Below are positions 1 to 9,823 of a stretch of 40,605 bases of DNA, one piece after another. The stretch is taken from positions 1-40,605 of the forward strand of contig SCPY01000069.1 in NCBI GenBank assembly GCA_004299495.1. Reading direction: 5' to 3'. A program made the translations under genes and the position numbers. The DNA comes from a bacterium (GTDB taxonomy: Bacteria > Omnitrophota > Gorgyraeia > Gygaellales > UBA12090). Within the stretch, counting starts at the first letter, position 1, and every line of letters begins with the position of its first letter. Below the pieces are notes generated by a model. It saw only the letters and a list, made by a program, of their open reading frames with translations, was not told where the DNA came from and searched no databases.

Positions 1-1
1 G

Positions 2-1096
2 GCGGAGCGGGAAGGAAAGCAGACCAAGCTCTTTAGATTAAACAATGCCTCCGCGCTTACGCTTAAAGAGTCTCTCTCCAGGGTATTAGGCCCGGACGGA
101 TCAATTGAGGCGGATGCCCGCTCCAATTCTTTGGTGGTTACGGATACCCTCTCGGTGATCAATAAAATAGAAGAAATAATCCCCTCTCTTGACAATCCCA
201 CCCCGCAGGTTTTAATCGAAACAAAACTTATAGAAACCACCTTAACCCGGTCGGATAAGCTGGGCATAGACTGGACAACCACCCTCAGCGCCACAGGAGC
301 CAAAAGGCCGACCACTCTGCCTTTTTCGCCTAAAGGCGACCGGTCGTGGATGGAAAACGTCTTTCCTCCGGGCCCGGCATCAAGCACGGACTTCCCTACC
401 GGGCATCCCTTTGGCTTTCCTACCGCCGTGAAAGGCGATTTCACGCTGGGCACCCTGGATGCCTCAAGCTTAAAGGCGGTCCTTGACGTGTTAAAAAGCC
501 GCACGAATACGCACCTGATTGCCAATCCGCGCGTGGTGGCACTCAACAACCAAAAGGCGCTTATCCACGTGGGCAAAGATGTCCCTATCCCCATTTATGA
601 AAGAAATGATTCTACCGGCAAGATGGAAATCACCGGCTGGTCAGAGGATGAAAAGGTGGGCGTTCAATTAGAGGTTACTCCCCAAATCAGCCCGGACGGG
701 CATATACGGCTGAAATTAAAACCCGAAGTAAGCAGCATTTCAGATTTTATAAAAATCGAGGGCGAAGACGCCGCTCCTATCACCGCGACCAGAACCGTGG
801 AAACAGAAGTATTGATCAGAGACGGACAAACTGTGGTTATTGGGGGATTAATCAAAGACGAGTCTTTTAACAAAGTAAGCAAGATTCCCATTCTCGGGGA
901 TATTCCTATTTTGGGGCTTCTCTTCACCCGAAAGGAGCTAGGCTCCACTTCAAGCCCGACGGAAAAAACCGACCTGCTCATTTTTGTTACCGCGCGCATA
1001 ATCAAAGACACCGACGAACCGCTCCTGGCGTATGAGAGCAATCTGATTACCTCGGCTCCCCATCCCTTCAAATTAGAGATGAGAGCTGTGCAATAA
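2..1096 (+). CDS. Secretin (PilQ/GspD/MshL family), 5'-truncated by the window edge
   Basis: Frame 2 is open from nt 2 (AEREGKQTKLFRLNNASALTLKESL...RSNSLVVTDT, an N1-type secretin domain) and runs into the ORF listed from 131. Secretin C-domain motifs: VVIGGLIKD, SKIPILGDIPILGLLF, DLLIFVTARII. Confidence 0.85.
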   Translation, partial: AEREGKQTKLFRLNNASALTLKESLSRVLGPDGSIEADARSNSLVVTDTLSVINKIEEIIPSLDNPTPQVLIETKLIETTLTRSDKLGIDWTTTLSATGAKRPTTLPFSPKGDRSWMENVFPPGPASSTDFPTGHPFGFPTAVKGDFTLGTLDASSLKAVLDVLKSRTNTHLIANPRVVALNNQKALIHVGKDVPIPIYERNDSTGKMEITGWSEDEKVGVQLEVTPQISPDGHIRLKLKPEVSSISDFIKIEGEDAAPITATRTVETEVLIRDGQTVVIGGLIKDESFNKVSKIPILGDIPILGLLFTRKELGSTSSPTEKTDLLIFVTARIIKDTDEPLLAYESNLITSAPHPFKLEMRAVQ

Positions 1097-1115
1097 AAGC
1101 GGGGCGGATTAACTT

Positions 1116-2396
1116 ATGAAAGATAAAAAGATATTCATCTTACTTGCCTTCGCGGGGATTATTATCTCTATCGTCTTCTTCGCGTCGCGGCCCGCGGAAA
1201 ATAGCGGGCGGCATCCCGGCTTAAGCGGCATAACTCAAGAGCCAAACATAGCTCAATTAGAATCGCAGGTTCAGCAGTTAAGGGGGCTGATTACCGCCTT
1301 TGTAGGCCTGAACCAATCTCTCAAGGCCTCATTTCAGGAGGAAAAAGAGCAAAGGGCCGCGCTGCAAGAGGCGCTTTCCGGGGCAAGCCTCCAGAACGAA
1401 TCTTTGAGCCGGGAATTAACCCGGGCCAGGGTCAGCTTAGAATTAACCCAGCCTATAAAACAAGGCATCGATAAAATACAAGATTCTCTCTCCGGATTAT
1501 CGCTTGCCCCCGGAAAAGAAAAAGAAATCAGCCGGCAGCTTTTGGATATCAGCCGCCAGCTGAAATTAGTAGACGCGCAGATTCCCAGCCTACTCAAGGA
1601 AAACGCCTCCTATAAACAGCTGGCAGACGCCACGCAGGGCCTGCTTAAAAAACAGGAAGAAGATATCCGCGCCCTAAGGAACGCCCTTGATGATGAAAAA
1701 ACCAGGGGGCAGGCGGCAAAAAATACCCAATCTCTTTCAGAACGAAAGAGCGCGGATTTTGAGAGAATAAAAAATAACCTCTTGGAAACCAACGCATCTC
1801 TGCACGCTGAAATCAACCGGTTAACCCAGACATTAAAAGATACCCGGAGTAAGCTTTCGCAGGCCGCCAAAGAAAAGGAAATCAGCAATACGCGGGAAGC
1901 CAAAATCCTCAGGCAGGATAACCGGAAGCTTCAGGAAGAGCTGAATCAGCTCCAAGAACAATTAGCGCGGCTCCAAAAAGATTCCGCGGCACTGCGCGAT
2001 GATTATGCCGCCGCGCGGGAAACGCTCAAAAACAATGAAGCCACCCTGGGCAGCAGGGCGGATAAAATATTGGTATTAGAAGAAACATTGGCTGGCATCC
2101 GAGAGCAATTATCGGTAATCCGGTCCCGCTACGGCGAGTTAGAAAAAGAATCCGCCGGACTAAGGGAGCAAAATGTAGCTGGGCAGTTAGAGCGAGAGGG
2201 CCTAAAAAGCCAATTAAGCCAATCCCGGCTTAAATTAAGCGGCTTAGAAAGCCGGTTTTCTCAAATCGGAGTTATCCTTGAGTCGCCGAAGCCGGCTGAA
2301 ACAACCCTGCCGAAAGAAGAATCCCGGCAGGAGGTAAAAAAGGTTGAGGTGGAATTATATCCCGCGGAAACCATAGCTCAGGAAACGGACAAATGA
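1116..2396 (+). CDS. Membrane-anchored long coiled-coil protein, function unknown, secretin-adjacent
   Basis: N-terminal hydrophobic helix (IFILLAFAGIIISIVFFA) followed by about 380 aa of Q/E/K/L-rich heptad-like sequence. Stop overlaps the next start (ATGA). Confidence 0.6.
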   Translation: MKDKKIFILLAFAGIIISIVFFASRPAENSGRHPGLSGITQEPNIAQLESQVQQLRGLITAFVGLNQSLKASFQEEKEQRAALQEALSGASLQNESLSRELTRARVSLELTQPIKQGIDKIQDSLSGLSLAPGKEKEISRQLLDISRQLKLVDAQIPSLLKENASYKQLADATQGLLKKQEEDIRALRNALDDEKTRGQAAKNTQSLSERKSADFERIKNNLLETNASLHAEINRLTQTLKDTRSKLSQAAKEKEISNTREAKILRQDNRKLQEELNQLQEQLARLQKDSAALRDDYAAARETLKNNEATLGSRADKILVLEETLAGIREQLSVIRSRYGELEKESAGLREQNVAGQLEREGLKSQLSQSRLKLSGLESRFSQIGVILESPKPAETTLPKEESRQEVKKVEVELYPAETIAQETDK

Positions 2397-3091
2397 GGAA
2401 TAAAGCTTACCTCCCTCTATTTTTTCTGTTCATCATTCACTGCTCACTGCTCACTGTTTGTCGCGCTCAACAGGATGGGGGGATTTCTCAAGAAGAAAAA
2501 GTGCAAAAGGCAAGGGAGCATTACGCCTCCGGAAAGGCCCTTCTTGAACAGGGAGACTACAAGGGCGCGGACGCGCAATTTAAAAAGGCGCAAGGCCTCC
2601 TTACCCAGGGCTCGTCATTACCGGCCCCGGAGGGGCTAGGCCAGCCGGCCGGCAGGCAGGCAATCCCTGCCGAGATCGCTTCGCCGCCCGCGGCTCCCGG
2701 CAATGGCCGCGCATCCGATACCCTTTCTGTTGCCAGGAAAGCCTGGGAAGCCGCCAAAAGAGGCGCGCCCGAGGAAGCTATATCATTTTATCAGCAAGCG
2801 ATTAATACCTGCGCGCCAAACTCCGACCTTTATTACAACCTGGCGCTTGAGTATCTCAAAACCAAGCGCTTCAGGGAAGCTGCCCAGGCTTTTAAGAGAG
2901 CCGTTCAGCTCAATCAGCGGGATAATGACGCCTATTTTAATTTAGCCGTATTGTATGAAAGCTACCTTAACGATAAAAAACAGGCCCTGAGTTATTACTC
3001 CCAATACCTAAAATACGCCTCCCCGGGCGATAATACCGCCGAAACAAAAGAATGGGTGCGCCAGATTAAAAAGGAATTAAAAGCGCGATGA
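2393..3091 (+). CDS. Secreted TPR-repeat protein (PilF/PilW/MshN-like pilus assembly factor)
   Basis: Signal-peptide-like N-terminus. TPR-like repeats (YYNLALEYLKTKRFREAAQAFKRAVQLNQRDNDAYFNLAVLYE). Translationally coupled on both sides. Confidence 0.55.
   Translation: MRNKAYLPLFFLFIIHCSLLTVCRAQQDGGISQEEKVQKAREHYASGKALLEQGDYKGADAQFKKAQGLLTQGSSLPAPEGLGQPAGRQAIPAEIASPPAAPGNGRASDTLSVARKAWEAAKRGAPEEAISFYQQAINTCAPNSDLYYNLALEYLKTKRFREAAQAFKRAVQLNQRDNDAYFNLAVLYESYLNDKKQALSYYSQYLKYASPGDNTAETKEWVRQIKKELKAR
2437..2457 (+). repeat. Heptanucleotide tandem repeat (TCACTGC x2 plus TCACTGT) in the TPR protein signal-peptide coding region
   Basis: Direct reading of 2437-2457. Confidence 0.85.
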
Positions 3092-4905
3092 AAGATGAAG
3101 AACTGCAAAATTTATTATTGAGCTGCGGCCTGCTTACCCCGGAAGAATTAAACAGGGCGGCCGAAGAAACCAAGAAGCTCAAACGCCCCCTGGAAAAGAT
3201 AATTGTGGCAAACCGCCTTTTATCCCAGAGCGCGCTTTACGAAACCGTTGCCAAACATTTAGGGTTTAATTATATCAGCCTGTCAAGCCTTCAGGCAGAC
3301 GAAGCGCTGCTCAAGATATTGCCGGCGGCGCTTGCCCGGCAAACGCTGGCAGTGCCGCTGAAGCTGGAAAACGGCACCCTGCACATCGCGATGGCCGATC
3401 CCGCCGACTTATACGCCATTGACCAGATACAACTGCAGACCGGCATGCCTTTAGAGGTATATCTTTCCGGTCCAGATGAGGTTAATGAAGCGCTCAGCCG
3501 GATTTATGCCGAGCGCGCGGCCTTTGGGGATTTCCTGGCCGGCATCGCCAAAGACCAGCCGCAGGCAAAAACCAAGGACGCGGCAACCGACGGCACGTCT
3601 ATAATTAAGCTCGTGGATTTGATTATCGCCCAGGCGGTAAGAGACCATGCCTCGGATATACACATCGAGCCGGAGCAGGAGGTAACCCGCGTCAGGTTCA
3701 GGATTGACGGCATACTCCACGAAATACCCTCTCCTCCAAAATCGTGGGAAGCGGCGATAATTTCCCGCGTCAAGGTTTTATGCGGTATGGATATCGCGGA
3801 AAATCGCGTTCCCCAGGACGGCCACTTTCAGGCGAAGGTTGACGATAAGATAATTGATTTTCGCGTCTCCACCATCCCCACCATTTACGGGGAAAATCTG
3901 GTAATGAGGATTCTGGACACCGCCTCGGTAATGATCGGCCTTGAGAAATTGGGGTTTGCCACCTACGAGGAAATGAAAAAATACGAGTCTCTTCTTTCCA
4001 AGCCCTACGGGATAATCCTTTCTACCGGCCCCACCGGAAGCGGCAAAACCACCACCCTTTATTCCGCGCTTATGCGGATAAACACTATAGATAGAAACAT
4101 TATCACTATTGAGGACCCGGTAGAATACCGCCTGGGGCTTATCCGCCAGATACAGGTTAATCCTAAGGCGGGAATTACCTTTGCCAGCGGCCTGCGGGCA
4201 ATCCTGCGCCAGGACCCCGACGTGATTATGGTCGGCGAAATCAGAGATCTGGAAACCGCCACCATTGCCATTCAGGCGGCGCTTACCGGGCATTTGGTGT
4301 TTTCTACCTTACACACTAACGACGCCCCTTCCGCGATTACCCGTTTAGTAAATATGGGTATTGAGCCGTTTCTGATTGCCGCCAGCCTTATCGGTGTGAT
4401 GGCCCAGCGGCTGGTAAGAATCATCTGCCCTGCCTGCAAGGAGTCCTATACCCCCTCCAGGGCGCTTTTGGAAAGGTGGGGCCTGAAAGACAGAGGAGAT
4501 ATCCTCTTATACCGCGGCAAGGGCTGCGAGCAGTGCAAAGGCACCGGCTATTGGGGCAGAATGGGCGCGTTTGAGCTGATGGCTATTGACGACGAATTAA
4601 GGGAAATGATTATCGGGGAGGGCTCAACGGTGCTTTTGCGCAAAAAGGCCCAGGAAAAGGGTATGCGCCTTTTGGCCGAAGACGCGGTAGCTAAGGCCCT
4701 AAAAGGCGTTACCACTATTGAAGAAATCGCCAGGGTCTGCGAGGAGCATATAGAGTTAAAACCCGCGGAGCAGGCGAAGGTAGAGCCTTACGCCAAAGGC
4801 GCTGCTGCCGATACAAAGCCACCGGCCCAAAAGGTTGAGGTAAAGTCCTCAGACTTTGAAGAATACCAAAAACGTGTAGCCAGCTGGTTAAGCAGGAAAA
4901 AATAA
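3088..4905 (+). CDS. GspE/PilB/MshE-family secretion ATPase with N-terminal T2SSE_N domain
   Basis: Walker A GPTGSGKTTT; Asp/His boxes (MVGEIRDLETA, TGHLVFSTLHTNDA); tetracysteine CPACK...CEQCKGTGY; N-terminal T2SSE_N-like 140 aa. Confidence 0.9.
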   Translation: MKDEELQNLLLSCGLLTPEELNRAAEETKKLKRPLEKIIVANRLLSQSALYETVAKHLGFNYISLSSLQADEALLKILPAALARQTLAVPLKLENGTLHIAMADPADLYAIDQIQLQTGMPLEVYLSGPDEVNEALSRIYAERAAFGDFLAGIAKDQPQAKTKDAATDGTSIIKLVDLIIAQAVRDHASDIHIEPEQEVTRVRFRIDGILHEIPSPPKSWEAAIISRVKVLCGMDIAENRVPQDGHFQAKVDDKIIDFRVSTIPTIYGENLVMRILDTASVMIGLEKLGFATYEEMKKYESLLSKPYGIILSTGPTGSGKTTTLYSALMRINTIDRNIITIEDPVEYRLGLIRQIQVNPKAGITFASGLRAILRQDPDVIMVGEIRDLETATIAIQAALTGHLVFSTLHTNDAPSAITRLVNMGIEPFLIAASLIGVMAQRLVRIICPACKESYTPSRALLERWGLKDRGDILLYRGKGCEQCKGTGYWGRMGAFELMAIDDELREMIIGEGSTVLLRKKAQEKGMRLLAEDAVAKALKGVTTIEEIARVCEEHIELKPAEQAKVEPYAKGAAADTKPPAQKVEVKSSDFEEYQKRVASWLSRKK

Positions 4906-5736
4906 TTGTACGAGCAATATTGGCAGCTTAAGGAAAAACCCTTTCAAAACACCCCTGACCCGCGGTATCTCTATTTATCCGGCCAGCACGAGGACGCCCT
5001 AATGAAACTAAGCTACGCCGTTACCCAAAATATGGGCTGCGGGATGCTCGTGGGGGTATTTGGCTGCGGCAAGACCCTCCTGGCAAACGCCCTGCTCAAC
5101 GACCTGGGCAGAGAGAGGGTGCGCTTTGCCTTCATTACCAGCCCCGCGAGCCTGGAAGCTCCGGAATTGCTGCGGGCGGTTGTGCGGGGGTTAAGCCCGC
5201 AGGCCCTGCCCGACAAAAAGAGCGACTTACTGGCTGACCCGCTTTTAGAAAAACTGAATACCATCCTTGTGGATAACGCGCGGGACGGCAAGGAAAATAT
5301 CGTCATTATTGATGAGACGCACACCATAGAAGACCCGCGGAGTTTTGAGCAGCTACGCCAGATTTTAAATTTTCAATCGGAGAATAAGTTTCTCCTGACC
5401 CTTTTGCTCTTCGGCCAGCCGGAGCTTAAAGAAAAGGTGGAAAATAATAAGCCCTTGGACCAAAGAGTGGCAATGCGCTGTTTTTTAAGCCCGCTTGGCG
5501 AGGATGATGTGGATAAATATATCCGCCACCGCCTGAAAGTCGCCGGAAGGCCGGAATCGGCAGAGCCTATTTTTGATAAAGAGGCGCTTAAGGCCATTGT
5601 TAAATACAGCGCGGGGATCCCCCGGCGCGTCAACACCCTCTGCGACCTGGTGTTAATGACCGGTTTCGCGCAAAAAGCGCAAAAAGCAGAACCGGAATTG
5701 ATTAGTTCGGTAATCAAAGACTTTAATTTAAGTTGA
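4906..5736 (+). CDS. ExeA/GspA/MshM-like AAA ATPase
   Basis: TTG start with an AGGA RBS. N-terminus MYEQYWQLKEKPFQNTPDPRYLY is typical of ExeA/MshM. P-loop-like GVFGCGKT and Walker B IVIIDE. Confidence 0.7.
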   Translation: MYEQYWQLKEKPFQNTPDPRYLYLSGQHEDALMKLSYAVTQNMGCGMLVGVFGCGKTLLANALLNDLGRERVRFAFITSPASLEAPELLRAVVRGLSPQALPDKKSDLLADPLLEKLNTILVDNARDGKENIVIIDETHTIEDPRSFEQLRQILNFQSENKFLLTLLLFGQPELKEKVENNKPLDQRVAMRCFLSPLGEDDVDKYIRHRLKVAGRPESAEPIFDKEALKAIVKYSAGIPRRVNTLCDLVLMTGFAQKAQKAEPELISSVIKDFNLS

Positions 5737-5783
5737 TCGCGAGTGCTCCTTTTCGTTTAAACTTATAACTTATAACTTGAATT

Positions 5784-7013
5784 ATGCCTACCTATATTTA
5801 TAAGGCCGCGGACAGCGCGGGAAAACTAGTCAAAGGCGAGATAGAGGCAGGAGGCGAGATAGAAGTCACTACCCATCTGGCAAAATTAGGGTATCTGCCC
5901 ATCAGCATCAGTTTTAAGGCCGAAAAGGCCAAGCCCGCCGCCGGGACAAAGCCTCTGACAGGGCCGGGCAGGGCCCATCCTCAGTCCTTGATTATCTTCA
6001 CCCGCCAGTTTGCCACCATTATCAAGGCGGGCATTCCCATTGTGGAGGGATTAGGAGTTTTAGCCGAGCAAATAGAAGACCCTGTCCTCAAAAACGCGCT
6101 TGCGCAGATTAGCCGCGATGTGGCAGGCGGCATCAGCCTTTCTCAGGCAATGGCAAAGCACCCCCGCGCCTTTAGCGAGCTGTATGTAAACACCGTGGTG
6201 GCCGGAGAAACTGCCGGGGTCCTGGAAAGCGTGCTCTCCAAGCTTTCCTATATGCTGGAAAATGACCACGACACCCGCACCAATATTATGGCGGCGCTGC
6301 GTTATCCGATAATGGTGGTTGTCGCGATGGTAATCGCGGTTATGGTGCTCTCGGTGTTTGTAATCCCTCAATTCGCCAAGATTTACCTGGAGGCCAAGAT
6401 GAAATTGCCTTTGCCTACCCAGGCTATGATTGCCTTCAGTAATACTTTAAGATTTCGCTGGTATATCCTCCTGCCCTCCATTGCCGGCTCATTCCTGCTC
6501 TTCAAATGGTATATCAACAGGCCTAAGGGGCGATTCTGGTGGGACGGGCTGAAATTTAAAATGGTTGTGGTGGGCGAAATCTACACCAAGATTACCATGC
6601 TGCGCTTCTGCTCCATGCTTAATGTGCTTTATCAGGCCGGGCTTCCCGTGCTTAAAACCATGGATATCGTGGGCATGACCATAGGCAACGCCGTATTAAG
6701 CAAAGAGGTGGAAAAGATAAAACGAGACCTTGCCGACGGTAAGGGCATATCGGGGGCGGTACTGGCGAGTAAATTCTTTCCCCGGCTGGTGGGCTTTATG
6801 ATTTCCGTGGGAGAAAAAAGCGGCTCGCTTACCACGATGCTGGATTCCCTCTATGATTACCTGAATTTGGAAGTAAAAACCGCCGTTAAGAATCTCACCA
6901 CCTTGATTGAGCCGATTATGACCGCGGTCCTGGGACTGGTGGTAATGGGAATGTGCCTAGCCATCTTCCTGCCCCTCTGGAGCATGATTGAGGTAATGAA
7001 GGGCGGAGGATAA
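5784..7013 (+). CDS. GspF/PilC/MshG-family inner-membrane platform protein
   Basis: 409 aa. Duplicated T2SSF-type cytoplasmic domains separated by TM helices. Typical N-terminus MPTYIYKA.D..GK...GEIEA. Confidence 0.88.
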   Translation: MPTYIYKAADSAGKLVKGEIEAGGEIEVTTHLAKLGYLPISISFKAEKAKPAAGTKPLTGPGRAHPQSLIIFTRQFATIIKAGIPIVEGLGVLAEQIEDPVLKNALAQISRDVAGGISLSQAMAKHPRAFSELYVNTVVAGETAGVLESVLSKLSYMLENDHDTRTNIMAALRYPIMVVVAMVIAVMVLSVFVIPQFAKIYLEAKMKLPLPTQAMIAFSNTLRFRWYILLPSIAGSFLLFKWYINRPKGRFWWDGLKFKMVVVGEIYTKITMLRFCSMLNVLYQAGLPVLKTMDIVGMTIGNAVLSKEVEKIKRDLADGKGISGAVLASKFFPRLVGFMISVGEKSGSLTTMLDSLYDYLNLEVKTAVKNLTTLIEPIMTAVLGLVVMGMCLAIFLPLWSMIEVMKGGG

Positions 7014-7036
7014 GTTTTTTAAGAGGAGATATCGCA

Positions 7037-7894
7037 ATGACGCCCTGCGCGGGATTAATCGTTGGCCTTATCGCTGTGCTTGCGGCCGGATTTTTTCTGC
7101 TCAAGAAATACTATGAAAAGAAAATCCGGGAAAAAGACAAGCTGGTAAAAGAGGTAGAAGCCCAACTGATCCAGACAGAAAAGATGGCCTCAGTGGGAAC
7201 CCTGGCCGCGGGCATTGCCCATGAGATAAACAACCCCTTAAGTTTTTTGATCAGCAACCTGGACGCCATGGCCAATTATGTGCAGTCCTTAAGCAAAGAG
7301 CCCTCGCTTGACGCGGGCCTGCGCAAAACCCTGCTGGAAGACTTCCGGCCGATGGCAACGGAATCTCTGGAAGGGGCCCTGCGCATAAAGAAAATCGTCT
7401 CGGACCTGCGCACCTTCTCCCGGCGCAGCGAAACCAAGAAGGTTTTATTGGATATCAATCAGATACTGGAATCCACACTTTCAATCGTCTGGAACGAAAT
7501 CAAATATAAGATTACCGTGGTCAAGGACTATCAGGCAAAATCCAGCATCCCGGCCGACCCTACCCAGCTATCCCAGGTGTTGTTGAATATCGTGCTTAAC
7601 GCCTCCCAGGCAATCTCCGATAAAGGCACTATCACGCTCGCCACCTCCGAAGATGAAAAAAATGTCTGTGTCAAAATCTCAGACACCGGAAGCGGCATCC
7701 CCAAGGAGGTATTGCCTAAGATATTTGACCCTTTTTTTTCCACAAAAAAAGCGGGAGCGGGGCTGGGGCTCTCTGTAAGCTATAATATCATAAAGCAGCA
7801 CGCGGGAGACCTCAAGGTGGAAAGCGCGCCCGGACGCGGCACCGTCTTTACCATCACCCTGCCTAAAAAATCCGGGGAAAACAAAACCCAATGA
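7037..7894 (+). CDS. Histidine kinase, single TM helix, no recognisable sensor domain
   Basis: H-box AHEINNPL; N-box LLNIVLNASQA; G1 DTGSGI; G2 GAGLGLS. Only about 7 residues precede the TM helix. Confidence 0.85.
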   Translation: MTPCAGLIVGLIAVLAAGFFLLKKYYEKKIREKDKLVKEVEAQLIQTEKMASVGTLAAGIAHEINNPLSFLISNLDAMANYVQSLSKEPSLDAGLRKTLLEDFRPMATESLEGALRIKKIVSDLRTFSRRSETKKVLLDINQILESTLSIVWNEIKYKITVVKDYQAKSSIPADPTQLSQVLLNIVLNASQAISDKGTITLATSEDEKNVCVKISDTGSGIPKEVLPKIFDPFFSTKKAGAGLGLSVSYNIIKQHAGDLKVESAPGRGTVFTITLPKKSGENKTQ

Positions 7895-7913
7895 TTCATA
7901 AAGGAGAACCGCT

Positions 7914-8300
7914 ATGATTAACTGGGACGAGAAGAGAAAATACAAGAGGGCATTTATTAAACTCGCGGTGGAATACCGGGGAAAAAACTTCTGGCAGATG
8001 GTAGAGGCAAATGATATCTCCGCAGGAGGGATGTTTGTGGCGACCGACAAGGTTGAGCCGGCCCAGACGAAAATAGAGGTCATCTTTGAGCTGGGAAAAG
8101 AGCCTTATAAAAAAACCATCCGCGCCGAAGGCGTGGTGGCCTGGAGCCGGGCGCAGGCCGCTAAAGACGAAAAAGGCGAAGCTGTACCCGCGGGCATGGG
8201 CATTATGTTTACCAAGACCTTTCCTTTTGTGTCAAAAGAGATCTTTGAAAACTTGTTAAAAGAGGCGGAACAGCAAAACAAACCTAAGAGCCAAGACTAA
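7914..8300 (+). CDS. Stand-alone PilZ-domain protein (c-di-GMP receptor type)
   Basis: Canonical RxxxR (RKYKR) and D/NxSxxG (NDISAGG) motifs at the normal spacing; 128 aa. Confidence 0.8.
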   Translation: MINWDEKRKYKRAFIKLAVEYRGKNFWQMVEANDISAGGMFVATDKVEPAQTKIEVIFELGKEPYKKTIRAEGVVAWSRAQAAKDEKGEAVPAGMGIMFTKTFPFVSKEIFENLLKEAEQQNKPKSQD

Positions 8301-8313
8301 GCCGGAGGGAAAG

Positions 8314-8886
8314 GTGTCCAAACATTCTATTCTGATCGTGGATGATGAGGTAAACATCCTGCACAGCTTAAGCCGTGTCTTGCGCGATGATGAGCGGGAA
8401 ATCCATACCGCATCCAGCGCGCCCGAGGCACTGGAAAAACTAAAAACCCTGCGCGCGGTTGATCTGGTTATCTCCGATAACAAGCTCCCCGACATCTCAG
8501 GCATAGATTTTTTAATTAAGGTAAAACAGCTTTATCCCGACAGCTTGCGGATATTGATTACCGGCTATCCCGACCTGGAGTCGGTCATCCGGGCGATAAA
8601 TAACGGCCAGGTATACCGCTTTATCACCAAGCCCTGGGATAACGAAGAATTTAAGCTGATCATAAATCAGGCGCTGGATTATTGCGATGTGCTAAGGGAT
8701 AACCGCGCCCTGATAAAAATTGCCAAAGAGCAGGCGGAGGCGCTTGCCGCGATGCAGAAAAAATATCCCCAGATTCCTAAGAGCGATTTTGATAAAAGCG
8801 GCATCTACATCATTGACGAGCGCAGGGTCTCGGAAACAGTCGCTGATTTCTTAAAAAAATATTATCCCAATACGCCCAAGACATAA
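8314..8886 (+). CDS. Stand-alone response-regulator receiver protein with a short C-terminal extension
   Basis: GTG start with a GGAGGGA RBS. Receiver signature residues: DDE, phospho-acceptor D in LVISD, and ITKPW. Confidence 0.8.
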   Translation: MSKHSILIVDDEVNILHSLSRVLRDDEREIHTASSAPEALEKLKTLRAVDLVISDNKLPDISGIDFLIKVKQLYPDSLRILITGYPDLESVIRAINNGQVYRFITKPWDNEEFKLIINQALDYCDVLRDNRALIKIAKEQAEALAAMQKKYPQIPKSDFDKSGIYIIDERRVSETVADFLKKYYPNTPKT

Positions 8887-8889
8887 ACA

Positions 8890-9726
8890 ATGCCAGATTT
8901 AGACGCGAAACTTGTCCAAGACGGATGGGTAAACCCGTATCAGCTAAGCCTTGCCAGGCAAGAGGCGGACAAATCAGGAAAATCCCTCTGGGCGATACTG
9001 ATAAAGTCCGGATTTATGTCTTTGGAAGACGTCACCGTATTCCTCGCCCAGGAAAGCGGGGTGGCTTATGTGGATACCGCGGATTATTCCCTTAACCCTG
9101 CCGCGGTACGCCTGCTTGATGAAGCTTTTTGCCGCCAAAATCTCGTCATCCCCTTATTTAAAATCAAGGAAACGCTGTTTATTGCCTGCGCCAACCCCCT
9201 GGATACGGAACTGATGGACGCGATAGCTAAAATGGCCGGTTGCGAGGTAACGCCCTTAATCGCCTCATCCGGATCAATTCTAAAGGCATTAAATTCTTTT
9301 TACGGGATTGAAGATAAAGTCTTTGAGTTAGACAGATTTATCACTAAGCAGGACCCGCTGGGAGGCCTTGCCTTCTGGAGGGAATCAGAACGCCTTCCGT
9401 TAAATATCCCGGTCAGCATCAAAATAGAAGACAGCAGCTTTTCCCTTCCGCATGCCGGCACCCTTGACGGCCATACCCGCGACATCTCGCGTAACGGCGC
9501 GGCAATCGGATTAGAGGTATTCATCTTCCTGCCTAAGGGAGTAAGCATTTCTCTGGAGTTCAGGCCGGATAAAAGCCTGACTGCCTCCGGAGAAGGTATT
9601 CGGGTAAAGGGAGAAACGGTATATTGCCGGATGGAAAAAGGCCAGCGCTATTTTCTGGGAGTGCGCTTCACCGACATTTCTGATGGGGCGCGCGACCGCC
9701 TTTTTGGCTTGGCAAAATCAAAATAA
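8890..9726 (+). CDS. T2SSE_N (secretion-ATPase N-terminal domain) fused to a PilZ domain, no ATPase core
   Basis: The N-terminal 140 aa parallels the N-domains of the two ATPases (NLVIPLFKIKETLFIACANPLD...ILKALNSFYG). The C-terminus carries RESER (RxxxR) and RDISRNG (DxSxxG). Confidence 0.7.
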   Translation: MPDLDAKLVQDGWVNPYQLSLARQEADKSGKSLWAILIKSGFMSLEDVTVFLAQESGVAYVDTADYSLNPAAVRLLDEAFCRQNLVIPLFKIKETLFIACANPLDTELMDAIAKMAGCEVTPLIASSGSILKALNSFYGIEDKVFELDRFITKQDPLGGLAFWRESERLPLNIPVSIKIEDSSFSLPHAGTLDGHTRDISRNGAAIGLEVFIFLPKGVSISLEFRPDKSLTASGEGIRVKGETVYCRMEKGQRYFLGVRFTDISDGARDRLFGLAKSK

Positions 9727-9743
9727 TCTATTTTGTCCTCGCC

Positions 9744-9771
9744 TTGACAGAGGCAATGCCTGTGGTATACT
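9744..9771 (+). promoter_or_regulatory. Sigma70-type promoter for the riboswitch leader
   Basis: TTGACA (9744-9749), 16-nt spacer, TATACT (9766-9771). Confidence 0.6.
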
Positions 9772-9823
9772 TACAGCAGATAAAGCAAATTATGCACTCT
9801 GACGAGCGGTAAGAAAAAATATA

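Noticed and set aside
5737-5783. Short direct repeat AACTTATAACTTATAACTTGA between the ExeA-like and platform genes
   Set aside because: It is only about 2.5 copies of a 7-nt unit in an intergenic spacer. No flanking structure suggests function.
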